NCBI GenBank assembly: GCA_951406725.2
Contig: OX597815.1
Coordinates: 81,840,001-81,904,000, forward strand
Direction: 5' to 3'
DNA from: Octopus vulgaris
Taxonomy: Eukaryota
DNA length: 64,000 nt
In this document: piece after piece, positions 42,535 to 56,787 of the stretch
How the letters are laid out: each line of letters opens with the position of its first letter
How positions within the stretch are numbered: the stretch's first letter is position 1
Program-made: the position numbers and the translations under genes
Notes under the pieces: model-generated
Told to the model about the DNA's origin: nothing
The model's input: the letters and a program-made list of their open reading frames with translations, nothing else
The model's database searches: none

Positions 42535-42933
42535 AAGGAGGCGAGCTGGCAGAATTGTTAACACGCCGGGCGAAATGCTTAGCGGTATTTCGTCCGCCGT
42601 TGCGTTCTGAGTTCAAATTCCGCCGAGGTCGACTTTGCCTTTCATCCTTTTTGGATCGATAAATTAAGTACCAGTTACTCACTGGTATCGATATAATCGA
42701 CTTAATCCGTCTGTCTGTCCCTGTTTGTACTCTCTGTGTTTAGCCCCTTGTGGGTAGTAAAGAAATAGGTATTTTGTCTGTTTTTACATTCTGTGCTCAA
42801 ATTCCGCAGAAGTCGACTTTACCTTTCATCCTTTCGGTGTCGATAAATTAAGTACCAGTTGCGTACTGGAGTCGGTCTAATCGACTGGTCCTTTCCCCCA
42901 AAATTTCGGGCCTTTTGCCTAGAGTAGAAAAGA
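42535..42933 (+). mobile_element. SINE family A dimeric form
   Basis: Long-tail unit plus short-tail unit; imperfect TSD taatggttgtgctta / taatagttgtggtta. Confidence 0.85.
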
Positions 42934-43429
42934 ATAATAGTTGTGGTTATTGGATACTCCACAACACACTTTAAATGGTTAAATAAAACATTTGCTTGTT
43001 TAAATTATTAAAATCAAATTTGTGGGGCAACGCGAGCGTATCGGTTTTCTGTTTTTTATCCTAAAACCCTTATTTTTATTTATTTATTTATTTATTTTCG
43101 ATGTACGATAGATATCGAACATGAAGGATGGTACGGCACTTGGGAAAAATAAAGAAAATGCTACTGCTATTACTGCTGCTACTGCTGTTGCTGCTACTGC
43201 TTGTGTTGCTTCTGTTACTGGTGCTGCTCCTGATAATTATGATGAGGAGGAAGTGGATAGTGCTGGTAGTGATGAGGAATGGTGGTGATAATGATGATAC
43301 TGCTACCGCTGATAGTGAAGATGCTTACAATGACGATGGGGGATAATGATGCTGCAAAAACTATAATATTTGGCGATAATATTTCCAATTAGTATTTTCA
43401 GTCGCAAAAATATTCGTAAAAAAGTTGAC

Positions 43430-43672
43430 TATGACGACGACGACGATGATGATGATAATGATGATGATGATGATGATGATGAAGGAGATGAATACAGTGA
43501 TGCTGCTGCTGATGTTGTTGGTGATAATGATGATGATGATTAGCTGGCAGGAAAACGGAGACTGTTTGGAAGATGACGGAAATGCCAATGAGATAATAAA
43601 GACAGCAACAATACGAGTAATAAGTCATGACACTAGCAGCAATCGCGAAGAAATATATTAATAAGGGCGATA

Positions 43673-43727
<55 letters not shown>

Positions 43728-44017
43728 CGAAGACGATGACAACCACGACAACGATGATGTTGATGATGATGATGATGATGATGAGGATGATGACGACGAC
43801 GACAACGATGATGATGTAGTTGAGCAGGGGAAGGAAAGACATGAGATAAAAAAGAAAAAAAATGACGAAGGTTACTAAAAGAACAATAGGTTTCATGTTG
43901 TCAGTCGGTAGAGGGGCGAGGCCACCATATTTGTCACCAACACCTTGTCATAGACAATGCATCGCAAGAACCACCACCACCACCACCACCACCACCACCA
44001 CCACCACCACCACCACC

Positions 44018-44082
<65 letters not shown>

Positions 44083-44251
44083 CAGCACTACCACCACAAC
44101 TACTACTACTACAACCACGACCACCACGACCACGACCACCATCACCACCACCACCACCACCACCACCAACAACAACAACAATAGTACCAAAACTATCAAC
44201 ACCTGAAAGACTATCACTTCAGTAAAGATACCCAATACAATCTTGTTAGGG

Positions 44252-44313
<62 letters not shown>

Positions 44314-44447
44314 AAGAGAAAGAAAGAGAAAGCGAGAGAGAGGGAGAGAAAAAGAGAAAGAAAGAGAAAGAGAGAGAGACGGAGAGAGAAAGAGAGAGAG
44401 AGAGGGAGAGAGAAAGAGAAAGAGAGAGTGAGAGTGAGAGAGAGAGG
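43430..44447. repeat. Microsatellite cluster (GAT)n, (CAC)n/(CTA)n, (GA)n polypurine tract
   Basis: Seen directly. Confidence 0.95.
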
Positions 44448-44574
44448 TGTTTTGCAAACAACCTGCACATGCAAGTGCTACCATTCGAAAGTACCACATA
44501 TCAGAAACCAGCGAGTGGATGGTATCATCAGGAGAGAATAGGGTCCCGCTTGCTAGATCAACTGGTTATCAGAT

Positions 44575-45040
44575 ATAGCTCCAATATTCATCTAGCCATC
44601 GCTTATCGTCGCTTTTTAAGCAAATCCAGTGGCTAGCCTTTTCCTCTGTAGTTTGGATATCGCTCATGGTGGTATTTGCTTTACGATGACAACAGGCCTA
44701 ACGATAACAACAGTCGCCTCACACTGAGTCCAACGAATCCCCTACATCCACCTTTGATTGGAAAATGCTCCGCTTTCCAGCCCGCACCTTCACATTCGTC
44801 GAGGAGGTTTACATAACGGTCAATCTTTCGAGCCTGAGCGGCGTCCATGTTATCTTCATGAAGGACTCTTAACTTGATTTACCATTTTCTTTCATACCAT
44901 ATTATGATACCCGATTTCTTCGTAACTGGAATGTGAAAGAATCCTTGGCTCCCTGGTAAATCTGTAACCACTTCCCAATAGCCGTTCCACTTTTCATCGC
45001 TCAGAGGAAATTTCTTCTTCTTGAAACGGATCTGCTGTCC
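44575..45040 (-). mobile_element. HERO/NeSL-like restriction-endonuclease LINE C-terminus
   Basis: IKLRVLHEDNMDAAQARKIDRYVNLLDECEGAGWKAEHFPIKGGCRGFVG...EKASHWI matches ELTVPWE...A..RK..KY..L...C...GW....PVEVGCRGF...AS.WIW. Confidence 0.85.
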
Positions 45041-45094
45041 TGAGCGCACGTAATGAAATCTCTGGTTGGTTCTTTCAATATTTTTTTTACCACT

Positions 45095-45131
<37 letters not shown>

Positions 45132-45201
45132 CTTCCTTTGCAACACTGTCACACACATACGCAAACACATTCACACTATCACATACATACTCAAGCACGC
45201 A

Positions 45202-45266
<65 letters not shown>

Positions 45267-45364
45267 GCACTCGTACGCAGACGCATATAGATACACAATC
45301 CTCACTACTTTCTGCCCTCTCGACATCTGATATGGTCTTTATATATGACAAACTACTACTGCTG

Positions 45365-45419
<55 letters not shown>

Positions 45420-45627
45420 CACCACCACTACTACTGCTACTACTACTGCTGCTGCTGCTGTAAAATATAGTGTGGTAATGTGAGTCAAAGGGAGATATGG
45501 AGGTGAAAATAAGAATGTTCGACCTCTAAACGAGGAACGAAGACATTAGCAACATCTACTTCTACCACCATAGTCACTTCCGATCATTGTCGATTTGGTA
45601 TATTTCAAAGAACGGTATCTTTGTACC

Positions 45628-46045
45628 TATTTTTTTTACTACTCACAAGGGGCTAAACACAGAGAGGACAAACAAGGACAGACAAACGGGTTAAGTCGAT
45701 TATATCGACCCCAGTGCGTAACTGGTACTTAATTTATCGACCCCGAAACGATGAAAGGCAAAGTTGACCTCGGCGGAATTTGAACTCAGAACATAAAGGC
45801 AGATGAAATACCTATTTCTTTACTACCCACAAGGGGCTAAACACAGAGAGGACAAACAAGGACAAACAAACGGATTGAGTCGATTACATCGACCCCACTG
45901 CGTAACTGGTACTTAATTTATCGACCTCGAAAGGATGAAAGGCAAAGTCGACCTCGGCGGAATTTGAACTCAGAACGTAACGGCATACGAAATACCGCTA
46001 AGCATTTCGCCCGGCGTGCTAACGTTTCTGCCAGCTCGCTACCTT
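45628..46045 (-). mobile_element. SINE family A dimer (two long-tail units) with perfect 15-bp TSD
   Basis: cggtatctttgtacc at 45613-45627 and 46046-46060. Confidence 0.9.
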
Positions 46046-46751
46046 CGGTATCTTTGTACCATTGCCATCATTAGCATCCCTACCACCACCACCACCATCA
46101 CCACCGTTACTAGTACTACTATTACTAGTACCAACACCACTTTTACAACCAGAAAAACTACAATGATTACCCACGTACAAGGACTACCACCGCCAGTACA
46201 ACAACCACCACCGACCAACGACAATATAATTAGCAACAATGTAACTATACAACTACCATTTCCATCATCACCACCACCATCAGCAGTATAATAAAACACA
46301 AGCGCTACGGCCGCCACCGATCCTACAATCCGTATGCCCACCACCACAACCACCACTATCACCACCACCATCCCACCGCCACAACCAGAGTTACTATCGT
46401 TGTCACAACTGTCGCGGCCCCCACCAAACCACCACCACCACCACCACCACCACCACCACCACCACCGCCGCCACCGCCGCTGCCGCCACCGCCGCCGCCG
46501 CCGCCGTCCGCCTCCCTCGCTGTCGCCACTGTTACTACTATTACTACTTCTACTACCACTAGTAAATTAATACAAACACCTTAGTCAAACAAAGTTCAAT
46601 GAAGCAGGTAATTCTGACTGAGATTAATTATACATCACAATAACCTTTGACTCTCTCCCTCTCTCTCTCTCTGTCTCCTCCTTGTTTACTTTCTTCGTTT
46701 CACTCTCTCCCGCATTCTTTCTCTCTCTTCCCCTTACCCTCACTCTCTCTC

Positions 46752-46785
<34 letters not shown>

Positions 46786-47171
46786 TGTATGTATGTATGT
46801 ATGTATGTATGTATGTATGTATGCATGTATGCACGTATGTATGTATGCACGTATGTATGTATGTGTATATATATATATATACACACACATGTATATGTAT
46901 ATAAATATATATAATATATACATATATGTATAAATGTATATATATTCATATATTTATATGTATGTGTACACTATATATATATATAAGTTGTCTATCAATC
47001 AAACAATCCATCTGTCTTCCCACTAATCAGTCAGTTCATCTCTCTTTAGATCTTTCTCTCCCTCAGTCTCTCTCTCTCCCTCCATATATATATATATATA
47101 TAGGCCAGTTTCTCTGTCAACCGTTCGGTCATCCTAGCTTCTCCCCAGTCAACCAATCAATCAGTCAACCA

Positions 47172-47269
<98 letters not shown>

Positions 47270-48005
47270 GTATCTATCTATCTATCCTCTTCCAACGTTT
47301 CTCTTACTTGCCCACAAATCAACCCTGCATATTATATTGCCATCATGACATCTAATTCTATAGTACATATTACCGCCACCAACACCACCACTAGCACCAA
47401 TACCACCAAGCCCACCTTAAGCACTCTCGTCATTACACCGCAACTCATCTCCCGCCACCAACGAAACACATCCGTGATATTAATTCCGCCTTCAACAGAT
47501 GAGATAACAGGATCAAATGACAAACGGCCACCAACACAGATGGAAGTATTCAAAAATCATTCAGATTCTTTTGCCATTTTTTATCTGTTATGTAAAACTC
47601 GTAAAAATAGTTTCACTCTCTCTCACTCTCTCTCTCGCCCTTCCTCTCTCTCACTCTCTCTCTCGCCCTTCCTCTCTCTCACTCTCTCTCTCGCCCTTCC
47701 TCTCTCTCTTTTTTTTCGTTTGCTTGTTTCTTTTCATTCGTACCCATTTCTCTTTTTTCTAACCTTGTTTAAGTGTATCTCGCACTCCATCATTAGTTCA
47801 CTGTTTCTTTTTCCATCATACATACATACATACATACATACATACATAATATGTACATACATATGTATACATACATACATGCATGCATGCATAAACACAA
47901 ACACACGCACGCATACACACAAGTGCATGTATATGTGTATATGTATACACACACGCACATATATACATATATATATATACACACATTCTAATACATATAT
48001 ATGTA

Positions 48006-48054
<49 letters not shown>

Positions 48055-48146
48055 TAATATATATAAATACACATACGAATACATATGTATACACACACAC
48101 ATATATATATGTATGCCCACAGAAATATATATACATAAATACATTT

Positions 48147-48211
<65 letters not shown>

Positions 48212-48232
48212 TATATGTATTCACACACATTT

Positions 48233-48312
<80 letters not shown>

Positions 48313-48616
48313 TGATCTATACTCGTACATTCAGTCATATCTGAATACATAGAAAGATGAAAATAAATATGTAAGTATACAGATGTCTATATACGAGTAC
48401 ATATTATTCATGCTGGAATTCTACAAAAAGGACGAATCAAACTGATTTGCATCCTTCAAATAAGGCAGCATAAGAAGTATCAGTATAGACACGGTCTCTT
48501 GGGTAATGCTACATATACGCAGTTTAAATGAACAAAATACAGAAAAAAGTTATTGACCAATAAAATCAGTTACAGATCATTTCGTCAGACGAAATATACC
48601 GAAAAAATACACACAT

Positions 48617-48667
<51 letters not shown>

Positions 48668-48818
48668 ATCGCTCACACACACACATACTAAAATTAACTG
48701 AGGAACCCAATGTTGCCCGATTGTTGAATACGTAGAAAGTGTTGTTTCGGGTTAAACTACATGCCATAACCTATCACAGTATTTTAACGTATTGGAAAAG
48801 GCTAGCCTCTGGATTTGG

Positions 48819-48893
<75 letters not shown>

Positions 48894-49440
48894 GTATATA
48901 TATGTGTGTGTGTATGTATGAATGCATAAACCTACAATAGGGACCTAAAACCTCTGTTTATAATGGCAAGTTTTCATTCATTTCCACATGTACTCATGTC
49001 CCACTTGTATATTATATGCTAAACTAGACCTTACATATAAATATTCTCCGACTTGCTATCACTGACATCGCGTGTCACTAAACATGATAAGCTATCGACC
49101 ACTCAATGGCCCACAAATACCTTAAGTTTATAAGTTTTAGAAATGGATGGTGGCCTACACATACCCTGTCAGTGCACCACGTGTGCACTTTGGCCCTTCG
49201 TCACTGACCCCTTGCCAGCAACATACATACATACATACATACATATACAGATCTCTGTGTCATGTTTTAGGCCACGTCTTACAGCTATGCTAAAGCTTAT
49301 TAGATTACTTACTCTACCTGATCGAGATGTATGTGTTACTTTAATTTCACGCTTTCTTGGTTAATGTGAAACAAGACGAAACGAAGAAGAATAAGATGAT
49401 ACCAGTCTTTCAAATGTAAAACACCTGCTTTAATAATTCA

Positions 49441-49520
<80 letters not shown>

Positions 49521-49532
49521 GATATCTATCTA

Positions 49533-49565
<33 letters not shown>

Positions 49566-50262
49566 ATGTATGTATGTATGTATGTATGTATGTATGTATA
49601 TGAATGTAATCACCGACTTATATATTATTCACTTATATATTATTATATATTATTCACTTATATTATTCACTCGCACATGTAACTTAGCAGTTCAAGCCTT
49701 AGCTATAAGGAACAAGAAGAAAAAAAAAAGACAGAAACCTAAAGTATTATAACAGATTAAATTGTGGAATATATCCATTACCTAAATAGACAACACATTT
49801 TCTTTAATCTTCAATATCTTTTGCTGTCTCTCTTCCAGATTCATACTTAATGGATCCTATTCCATCCGTTTCTTAGCAATAGCTCATCGGAAGCTTATTT
49901 TCAGCTTAGCACAGCAAGAGAACAATTCTCTCTTGAATTGTTCATTACCCGGCTGTTCCTTTAAACAATACGTGTAAAAGTTACATTGTTGTGTTTATGA
50001 AAGTAAATTTATATTATGTATTGCATAAATATAAGTATTGATGTATGTTTGTTCTTTCAGCTTTACTCACAACATTTTCAGCGAAAGGAGAAAGATTTGG
50101 TTTCTAAACCAGAAACAAAATTCCTTCATTGACATTTAGATAACATCATCTATGTAGTCCTGTGTGTATGTATGTTCTTTAAAGTTTGTCTTTTGATTGT
50201 TTTGCAATAGGAAACAAAAAAGCCGGCTACTAACACAGAACCTGGTCTCCTCCGTTAAAATT

Positions 50263-50456
50263 TACGAGGGACTGTTGAAAAGTTCTTGGCTTTGGGTAAA
50301 AGAAAATATAGGAGGATCAGTTAATTATAATTCACACACTTATTGCAGCGGTCCTTCAGTTTTTTCTAAGCCCTATAAAAGAACTCGGAAGCCTGAGCCT
50401 CCAACCAGTCTTTCATGAGACCCTTAAAGCCAGGAACTTTTCAGCAATCCATCGTA
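50263..50456. mobile_element. mariner-derived MITE
   Basis: TIRs ta-cgagggactgttgaaaagttcttggcttt / aaagccaggaacttttcagcaatccatcg-ta with TA flanks. Confidence 0.8.
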
Positions 50457-50713
50457 TATAAAATTTATATATCCATTTATATATCAACAATGCAGCGGGG
50501 AATATGAATGTACGCATGCGTATGTGTGTGTGTGTATGTGCACATATATACATACGTACACACACACACACACACACACACATGTAAGCCGTTTAAGAAT
50601 CCATAAGTCAGAAAAAGTATGCACTTGTATACTTGTCGATAGGGAGGGCATTGTAATCTGAGTGTACAGTACTATATATCCATTAGGGTCGATCTTGCCA
50701 ATCGGTTTCACAT

Positions 50714-51037
50714 TGGGGGTGGGGGTACAACGGTATGTTAGATAACAGCTCGATTATGTAACTCTGCATTCTTCAGAGTTGGCAGTTACGGAAGAAAATA
50801 TGGCGACTGCTCTCAAATTTTGCAGGCGCAAAAACACATCGGTTTGTGATTTCTGTGAAAAAAGAAGCGAGCTGAGCAAAGGTTAAGTCAATAGTCATGT
50901 CCCTTTGCAACAAACGGCTCCGAGCTGTTGCAAAGCTACACGAGATTTCTGGGAACGTGTGCACAGGTTTAGGGGTTGCTTTCGTGCAAGGTTTGAATGC
51001 AGTGGTACTATATCTATAGCGTTATCCCCCTCCCCCC
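50714..51037. mobile_element. Possible MITE with G-rich imperfect TIRs
   Basis: gggggtgggggtacaacggtat versus atagcgttatccccctcccccc; no clear TSD. Confidence 0.4.
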
Positions 51038-51076
51038 ATATATATATATATATATATATATATATTACTATATGCA

Positions 51077-51125
<49 letters not shown>

Positions 51126-51129
51126 CTAT

Positions 51130-52349
51130 ATTCAAATTCACACGTGAGCATTCGAGTTCGAATAAGTTTATTCAATTTAGCTCTAATTTTACATGTGTGT
51201 TTTTATTCACATTCTAAGAAGTGAATGTTAAAAATGACCAATTTAAATGACATGTTTTGTCATGCAAATTTTATTGTTGTTGTAACTACAAGGAAGAAAT
51301 AAATTGCGTGCTTCTTTTATCCACGAAAGTGTTTTTTTTTTATTGCAACGTTCATAACCGGTCGGTATCAATTGCATTTTATTCGTCTTTCTCTTAGACC
51401 AATTTGTAATCATGGAGCCACGCGTAAGGTACATGCGTATATCAGACGAAGATAGGACAAGGCTGATTGATGCCTTAGAGAGGCATCATACCGATTACCT
51501 GCAACTGGCAGACACACTTGGCATTAAAAGGAGTAGTGCTCGATCAATAGTAGCCACCTACCTACTGTCTGGGAGGCGCCACAAGTTTCCCATGACCATG
51601 GAAGAATGGCGAGCACATCTCATACAACAGGTCGCAAGGCGTAACATCGACGCGCTCACTCCAGGAACTAGACGCCTCGACCACCAGGAACTAGACGGGT
51701 AAATCCTCTCAAACGAATTCTCCTTATTAAGACTGTAAATCAATTATTATCTTAGTGTAAATAGCACTCTTCTTCCGATGAAAGAGAAAATGCAAAATCA
51801 AAGAAATATATACTCTTCCCAACAAGACATATCCAAAGGAAGAATACATAGCACAACATAACGTATTCAAAATCGAGGAAAATGAGCATTTGTTGCAATT
51901 GTGAATTTCTTTTAAAATGATTGAAAAGTCTGGAAATGCGATTTTATGAAATCTTTGACAATAAATACATGCACCTATGCAAAATAAAAGAATACATAGA
52001 AAAGACATTGGCACGATAGAGTGCTTAAAGCATAAACAATGGATGAAAATCCATAACTATAATAAGTATGACCATGAGATAAAACCAAAACAGCTATCGT
52101 GCTAATTTGATTACTGTTAAATATATTGCTCCGAAACGAAGCTCGAAAAGACGCTTCCTCGCATTCCGACTAATTTGAATGCTCTCGACAGGCATTTTGA
52201 TTTGAATGATGTAAATGCTAAATTCTTTGACCGAAATGCGAAATTGAATGATTGAAAAACAAATTTGAATGATTAACTTCATGGCGCTAATTTTTTTCAC
52301 GATTTTTGAATGACTCGATTATCAAATTGAATGACAAACGTACGTTAAT
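51130..52349 (+). mobile_element. Internally deleted Tc1/IS630-like DNA transposon
   Basis: Contains an HTH-like ORF; repeated ttgaatga subterminal motifs at 52200-52335 ending gactgcaaaaacaagtacta; left terminus not evident. Confidence 0.55.
51412..51702 (+). pseudogene. Truncated transposase ORF (N-terminal HTH joined to a probable C-terminal remnant, no DDE domain)
   Basis: MEPRVRYMRISDEDRTRLIDAL...DYLQLADTLGIKRSSARSIVATYLLSGR has the LA..LGI.RS....IV helix-turn-helix of IS630/Tc1 transposases. Confidence 0.65.
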
Positions 52350-52873
52350 GACTGCAAAAACAAGTACTAAATTAAATTTTAAAGTAGTTTGTAATAAAAA
52401 GAAATAAGAGTATAACTAAGTCGTGTTTTTAATGAAACACCCATACATATATACATACGTGTAATACTATTAAGAAACCTATAGATTTCTCTGAATTTAA
52501 ACCACAGTGAAATCTGGAGTGTGTAGGTCTCCATTTGCTACGCTAAGCAAACTGCATGATAACAACATGATGGATCACGAACACAACCGGGTTCAATTCC
52601 ATTGCGCAGTAACTCGGGCAAGATTTGTCTCTAATAAATCCCGCGTCGACCAATGTTTTGTGTGTGAATTTGGTCGTCGGACATTTTGTAGAAGCCTATC
52701 TTGTGTGTGTGCGCGTGTGCATACGTGTGTGTGTGAGAGAGAGAGAGAGCGAGAGTGAATATGTGTCTGTATATATACACATGAGTGCGTGTGTGTTTGT
52801 GTTTGCCTTTCACCGCTTCATAACCGACGGTGGTTTGTTTATGTGCCAACAATTTAGTAATCGCTGTGGCTAA

Positions 52874-53269
52874 TCTTTATATATAAAAGTCAAGTTGTGT
52901 GTCTGTCTCCTACGATTTAGATTCCTAACTACTCCCACATTTTGCGGTGCAGTGTAACCAAAAGCGGGTATCTTATAGTCGTGATTCATATCGAGCCATT
53001 CTGGGTATTAGCGCGCGTCTACGATGAGTCTACGATTTAAAAAAAAATTACCATCATTTTTTCCCATTTTTAATGCATTTTTTGCTATTATATAAGGGAA
53101 GTAACTCTCTAAAAATGTATTATTAAATCTCAGAACGTAAAAAGCTACAGTAAGACCCCCCCCCTTTGTGGTTAGCCATATTGAGATGGCTATTATACTT
53201 TACATCTCTAAAAATGCTTATATAGTTATTTCCCTTACAAACCCGAGCAACACCGGGCGATACTGCTAG
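52874..53269 (+). mobile_element. Non-autonomous Helitron (396 bp)
   Basis: a|TCtttatatataaaag ... hairpin cccgagcaacaccggg ... CTAG|t; A/T insertion site and no TSD; sits inside a decayed family B SINE (52515-53345). Confidence 0.85.
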
Positions 53270-53734
53270 TTTGATCTAAATTTCTCCGATTGGAGCCATC
53301 GCATGGCCGTAATCCAATGACTGAAACAAGCCTAAGGATAAAAGAATAAGAACTGATAAAACGACAGATTGGAGACATATAAGTGCTACCATCCATTAAT
53401 ATCTCAGAGTTTTCTTTAGTCAGAAGCATGAAACTCGAAGTAACAGAATGCTAGGGATCGCGACTATTGAGTTGATGTGTTAATATACTCGCAAAATTAT
53501 CATTTTGGATTCAGATGCAGACCAAGATAACTTTCTTTGTCCTTTCTCGTTCCGAAGGGGATCAATTCTATCAATCTCACTGTTACTCTGTCTGTCTGTC
53601 AGTTTGTCTGTTTCTCTTTCTATCCATAGACATGAGTACGTAGGCAAACACACACACATATACAGACAGAGATGTGTGTGTAGACACACATTCGTATCAA
53701 TATGCATAAATATAGATACGTATATATGCATATT

Positions 53735-53880
53735 AGCGCGCCGGGCGAAATGCTTAACAGTATTTCGGGGTCGATAAATAAAGTACCAGTTTCGCACTGG
53801 GGTCTATGTAATCGACTTAATCCGTTTGTCTGTCCTTGTTTGTCCCCTTTGTGTTTAGCCCCTTGTGGGTAGTAAAGAAA
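53735..53880 (+). mobile_element. SINE family A long-tail unit with internal deletion
   Basis: gccgggcgaaatgctt...ttcggggtcgataaataaagtaccag...agccccttgtgggtagtaaagaaa. Confidence 0.8.
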
Positions 53881-54120
53881 TATATATATATATATATATA
53901 TACATATATACATATATATATGCATATATTTATACACATACATACATATGTATACACACACATGTATATATTATATACATATTAATTTGTATATACGTAC
54001 GCATATATACACATATGCACACACACACATATACATGCACCCATATATACAGATTATGTATAAGTGCACGCAATGTACAGGCATACAACGCATGCAGTAC
54101 ATCTGTCTTGACATCCGCCA

Positions 54121-54153
<33 letters not shown>

Positions 54154-54419
54154 CGCACACGCACACACGCACCCACACCCACATGACACCTGGTTACCAA
54201 AGGTGGCAACCGTCAACCACCCCCACCCCCACTACCTGTCGTTTTATCCTATGTTGCTGAGCAACACAGTCAACACCCTGTTTGAAATATAAACAAGAAA
54301 ATGAAAGATACTTTATCCGGACCAGATCTACGGGGTAACAAATTCCTTATATTATACATATGTACATAAATAGATTACACGCATACATACATTTATACAT
54401 GTATGCACGTACACGTACA

Positions 54420-54467
<48 letters not shown>

Positions 54468-54518
54468 ATATATATTCGTTATATATATGTATAGATACCT
54501 TCGTATTTATTACATGTA

Positions 54519-54555
<37 letters not shown>

Positions 54556-54680
54556 TGTATATTCTGATATATTTGTAAATGTGCGCGCTTGTGTGTGTGT
54601 ATAATTGTTTATTATATATGCATACGCAAACATAACCACCTGGAAAGAAAAGCGGTATAGACTGTCATTTCCGTATTGTC

Positions 54681-54744
<64 letters not shown>

Positions 54745-54840
54745 GATATAGATCAAATGAATTTTATAAGAAATATCAATGTTTCCCAGACACGTTTGAC
54801 GGTTAGTGAATGAAAAAATATACTAAATCCACCCTGTTCC

Positions 54841-54855
54841 CCCGTAGATGGCACT
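54841..54855 (+). promoter_or_regulatory. Candidate CTCF-type motif
   Basis: cccgtagatggcact matches the CC..TAGATGGCAC core; motif match only. Confidence 0.3.
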
Positions 54856-55281
54856 AGTATTAACCCGAAGGGCATTCTGAAAGAGTATCTGCTTTCTATA
54901 GTCTAGATAAGTTGATGAATAAGCCAATGATAATCTCATTAAGCATTGCGCGACATGTTAGAGTTAGCGACTAAATCTCCCCACAGATCACTACAGTGAA
55001 GGATCGTGTTAGAAATAGAATGACATTATAATATGTAGTTGGCGGGTATGTAAAAATACGAGATAGTCGGCGATTGTTGAAAGTCTGTTTGCTGGACCAG
55101 GGCTGACCTGTTGCCAACCGCAAGAACAACAACGTGAACAACAAGAGCATCAACAACAACAACAACAACAAAACTGGTACAATGAACAATGGTGATTTGT
55201 TGGAATATAATGATGATTATACGACGAAAGACCTTCAAATGATTTCGATCAGAATACCAGTAGCATTGTAGCGTAACTATA

Positions 55282-55382
55282 CAGTCACACACACACATAC
55301 ACACAAACACACGTACACACATTAGCACACACACACACACTCGTACACACATTGACACACATACACAGTCGTACACACACTG

Positions 55383-55415
<33 letters not shown>

Positions 55416-55615
55416 AGACACACACTCGTACTCACACTGGCACACATACACAGTCGTACACACACTGGCACACACACACACCAGACACACACACACACCA
55501 GACACACACTCGTACACACATTGGCACACATACACAGTCGTACACACACTGGCATACACACACACACACACCAGACACACACTCGTACTCACACTGGCAC
55601 ACATACACACACTAC
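55282..55615. repeat. Minisatellite on a (CA)n scaffold
   Basis: Recurring unit cactcgtac.cac..tggcacacatacacagtcgtacacacactggca(ca)n ccaga, about 4 copies. Confidence 0.85.
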
Positions 55616-55843
55616 TCAAAATAGTTTCCATGCAATATATATATATATACATGCGTACGTATACATTTTTAAACATGTGTATAAATGTTTGTATGTGTGC
55701 GTATGTCTGTGAATGTTTGTGTATGTATGTATGCGTGTGAATGTTTGTATCTATTTATAATAGCACAGGTATTCTTAGTGTCAAAGCTAAGGTGTCAACA
55801 GATAAAAAAAAAAATACTCAACGCGTTTGAGCGTAGAGTTCAT

Positions 55844-55894
<51 letters not shown>

Positions 55895-56688
55895 TTGTTT
55901 CAAAGCTCTCAACTTGCAAGCAAAACGTTGAAAATCATTTTCAGCTTTCTTGCTGTAATATGGAGATATACAATATTAAAAGGTAGCCTTGGAAGATGGG
56001 ACAGTTTCTGTGATGTTTTGCCAGCGTTCTCTGACTTGTTTAGATTTATGTGGCTGATACATTTGCAGGTCGATGCTAGCAGGGGGAAAAATATACATTA
56101 TACAGAGATACAGAAGGAACTGGATGACTAATTTGAATGCTTACTACGCAGTAAACTCCGCTAATGTGACCCAAGGTCCAGGTAATGTTGTCTAACACAC
56201 TAACATATACACATACATACATGCACACGCGCACATAATACATACACGTATTACTGTAATACAACCATATACACAGGCGCCTACATATTGCTACACGTTC
56301 ATTTCTTCAAATATGGTCATGCACGATCCAACGGACACACATATTCATAGTGATGCATCTCCCAACACAAACTCACCACACGTACGTACACATACATGTA
56401 CAATGTTGATATATAAGACAGAATTGCTGGACACACATACACACGTATGCAACACGTTTTTAGTAGTCTTTCACATATATGCATTCACTCAATCACGCGC
56501 GCATGCATACATACATACATACATACATACATACATACATACATACATACATACATACATACATACATACATACATACATACATACATACATACGTACGT
56601 GCATACATACGTTCATACATGCATAAGCTTCGTTTGTATATGTATGCACTGTGCTGCAAAAATATATAAGTAGGCACACGTGCGCGCG

Positions 56689-56762
<74 letters not shown>

Positions 56763-56787
56763 TATACACACACATACTCACAAATAT

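Noticed and set aside
54626-54639. Possible 14-nt minus-strand micro-exon (ttttctttccag|GTGGTTATGTTTGC|gtatgc)
   Set aside because: Splice-like signals alone are common by chance; no supporting gene context.
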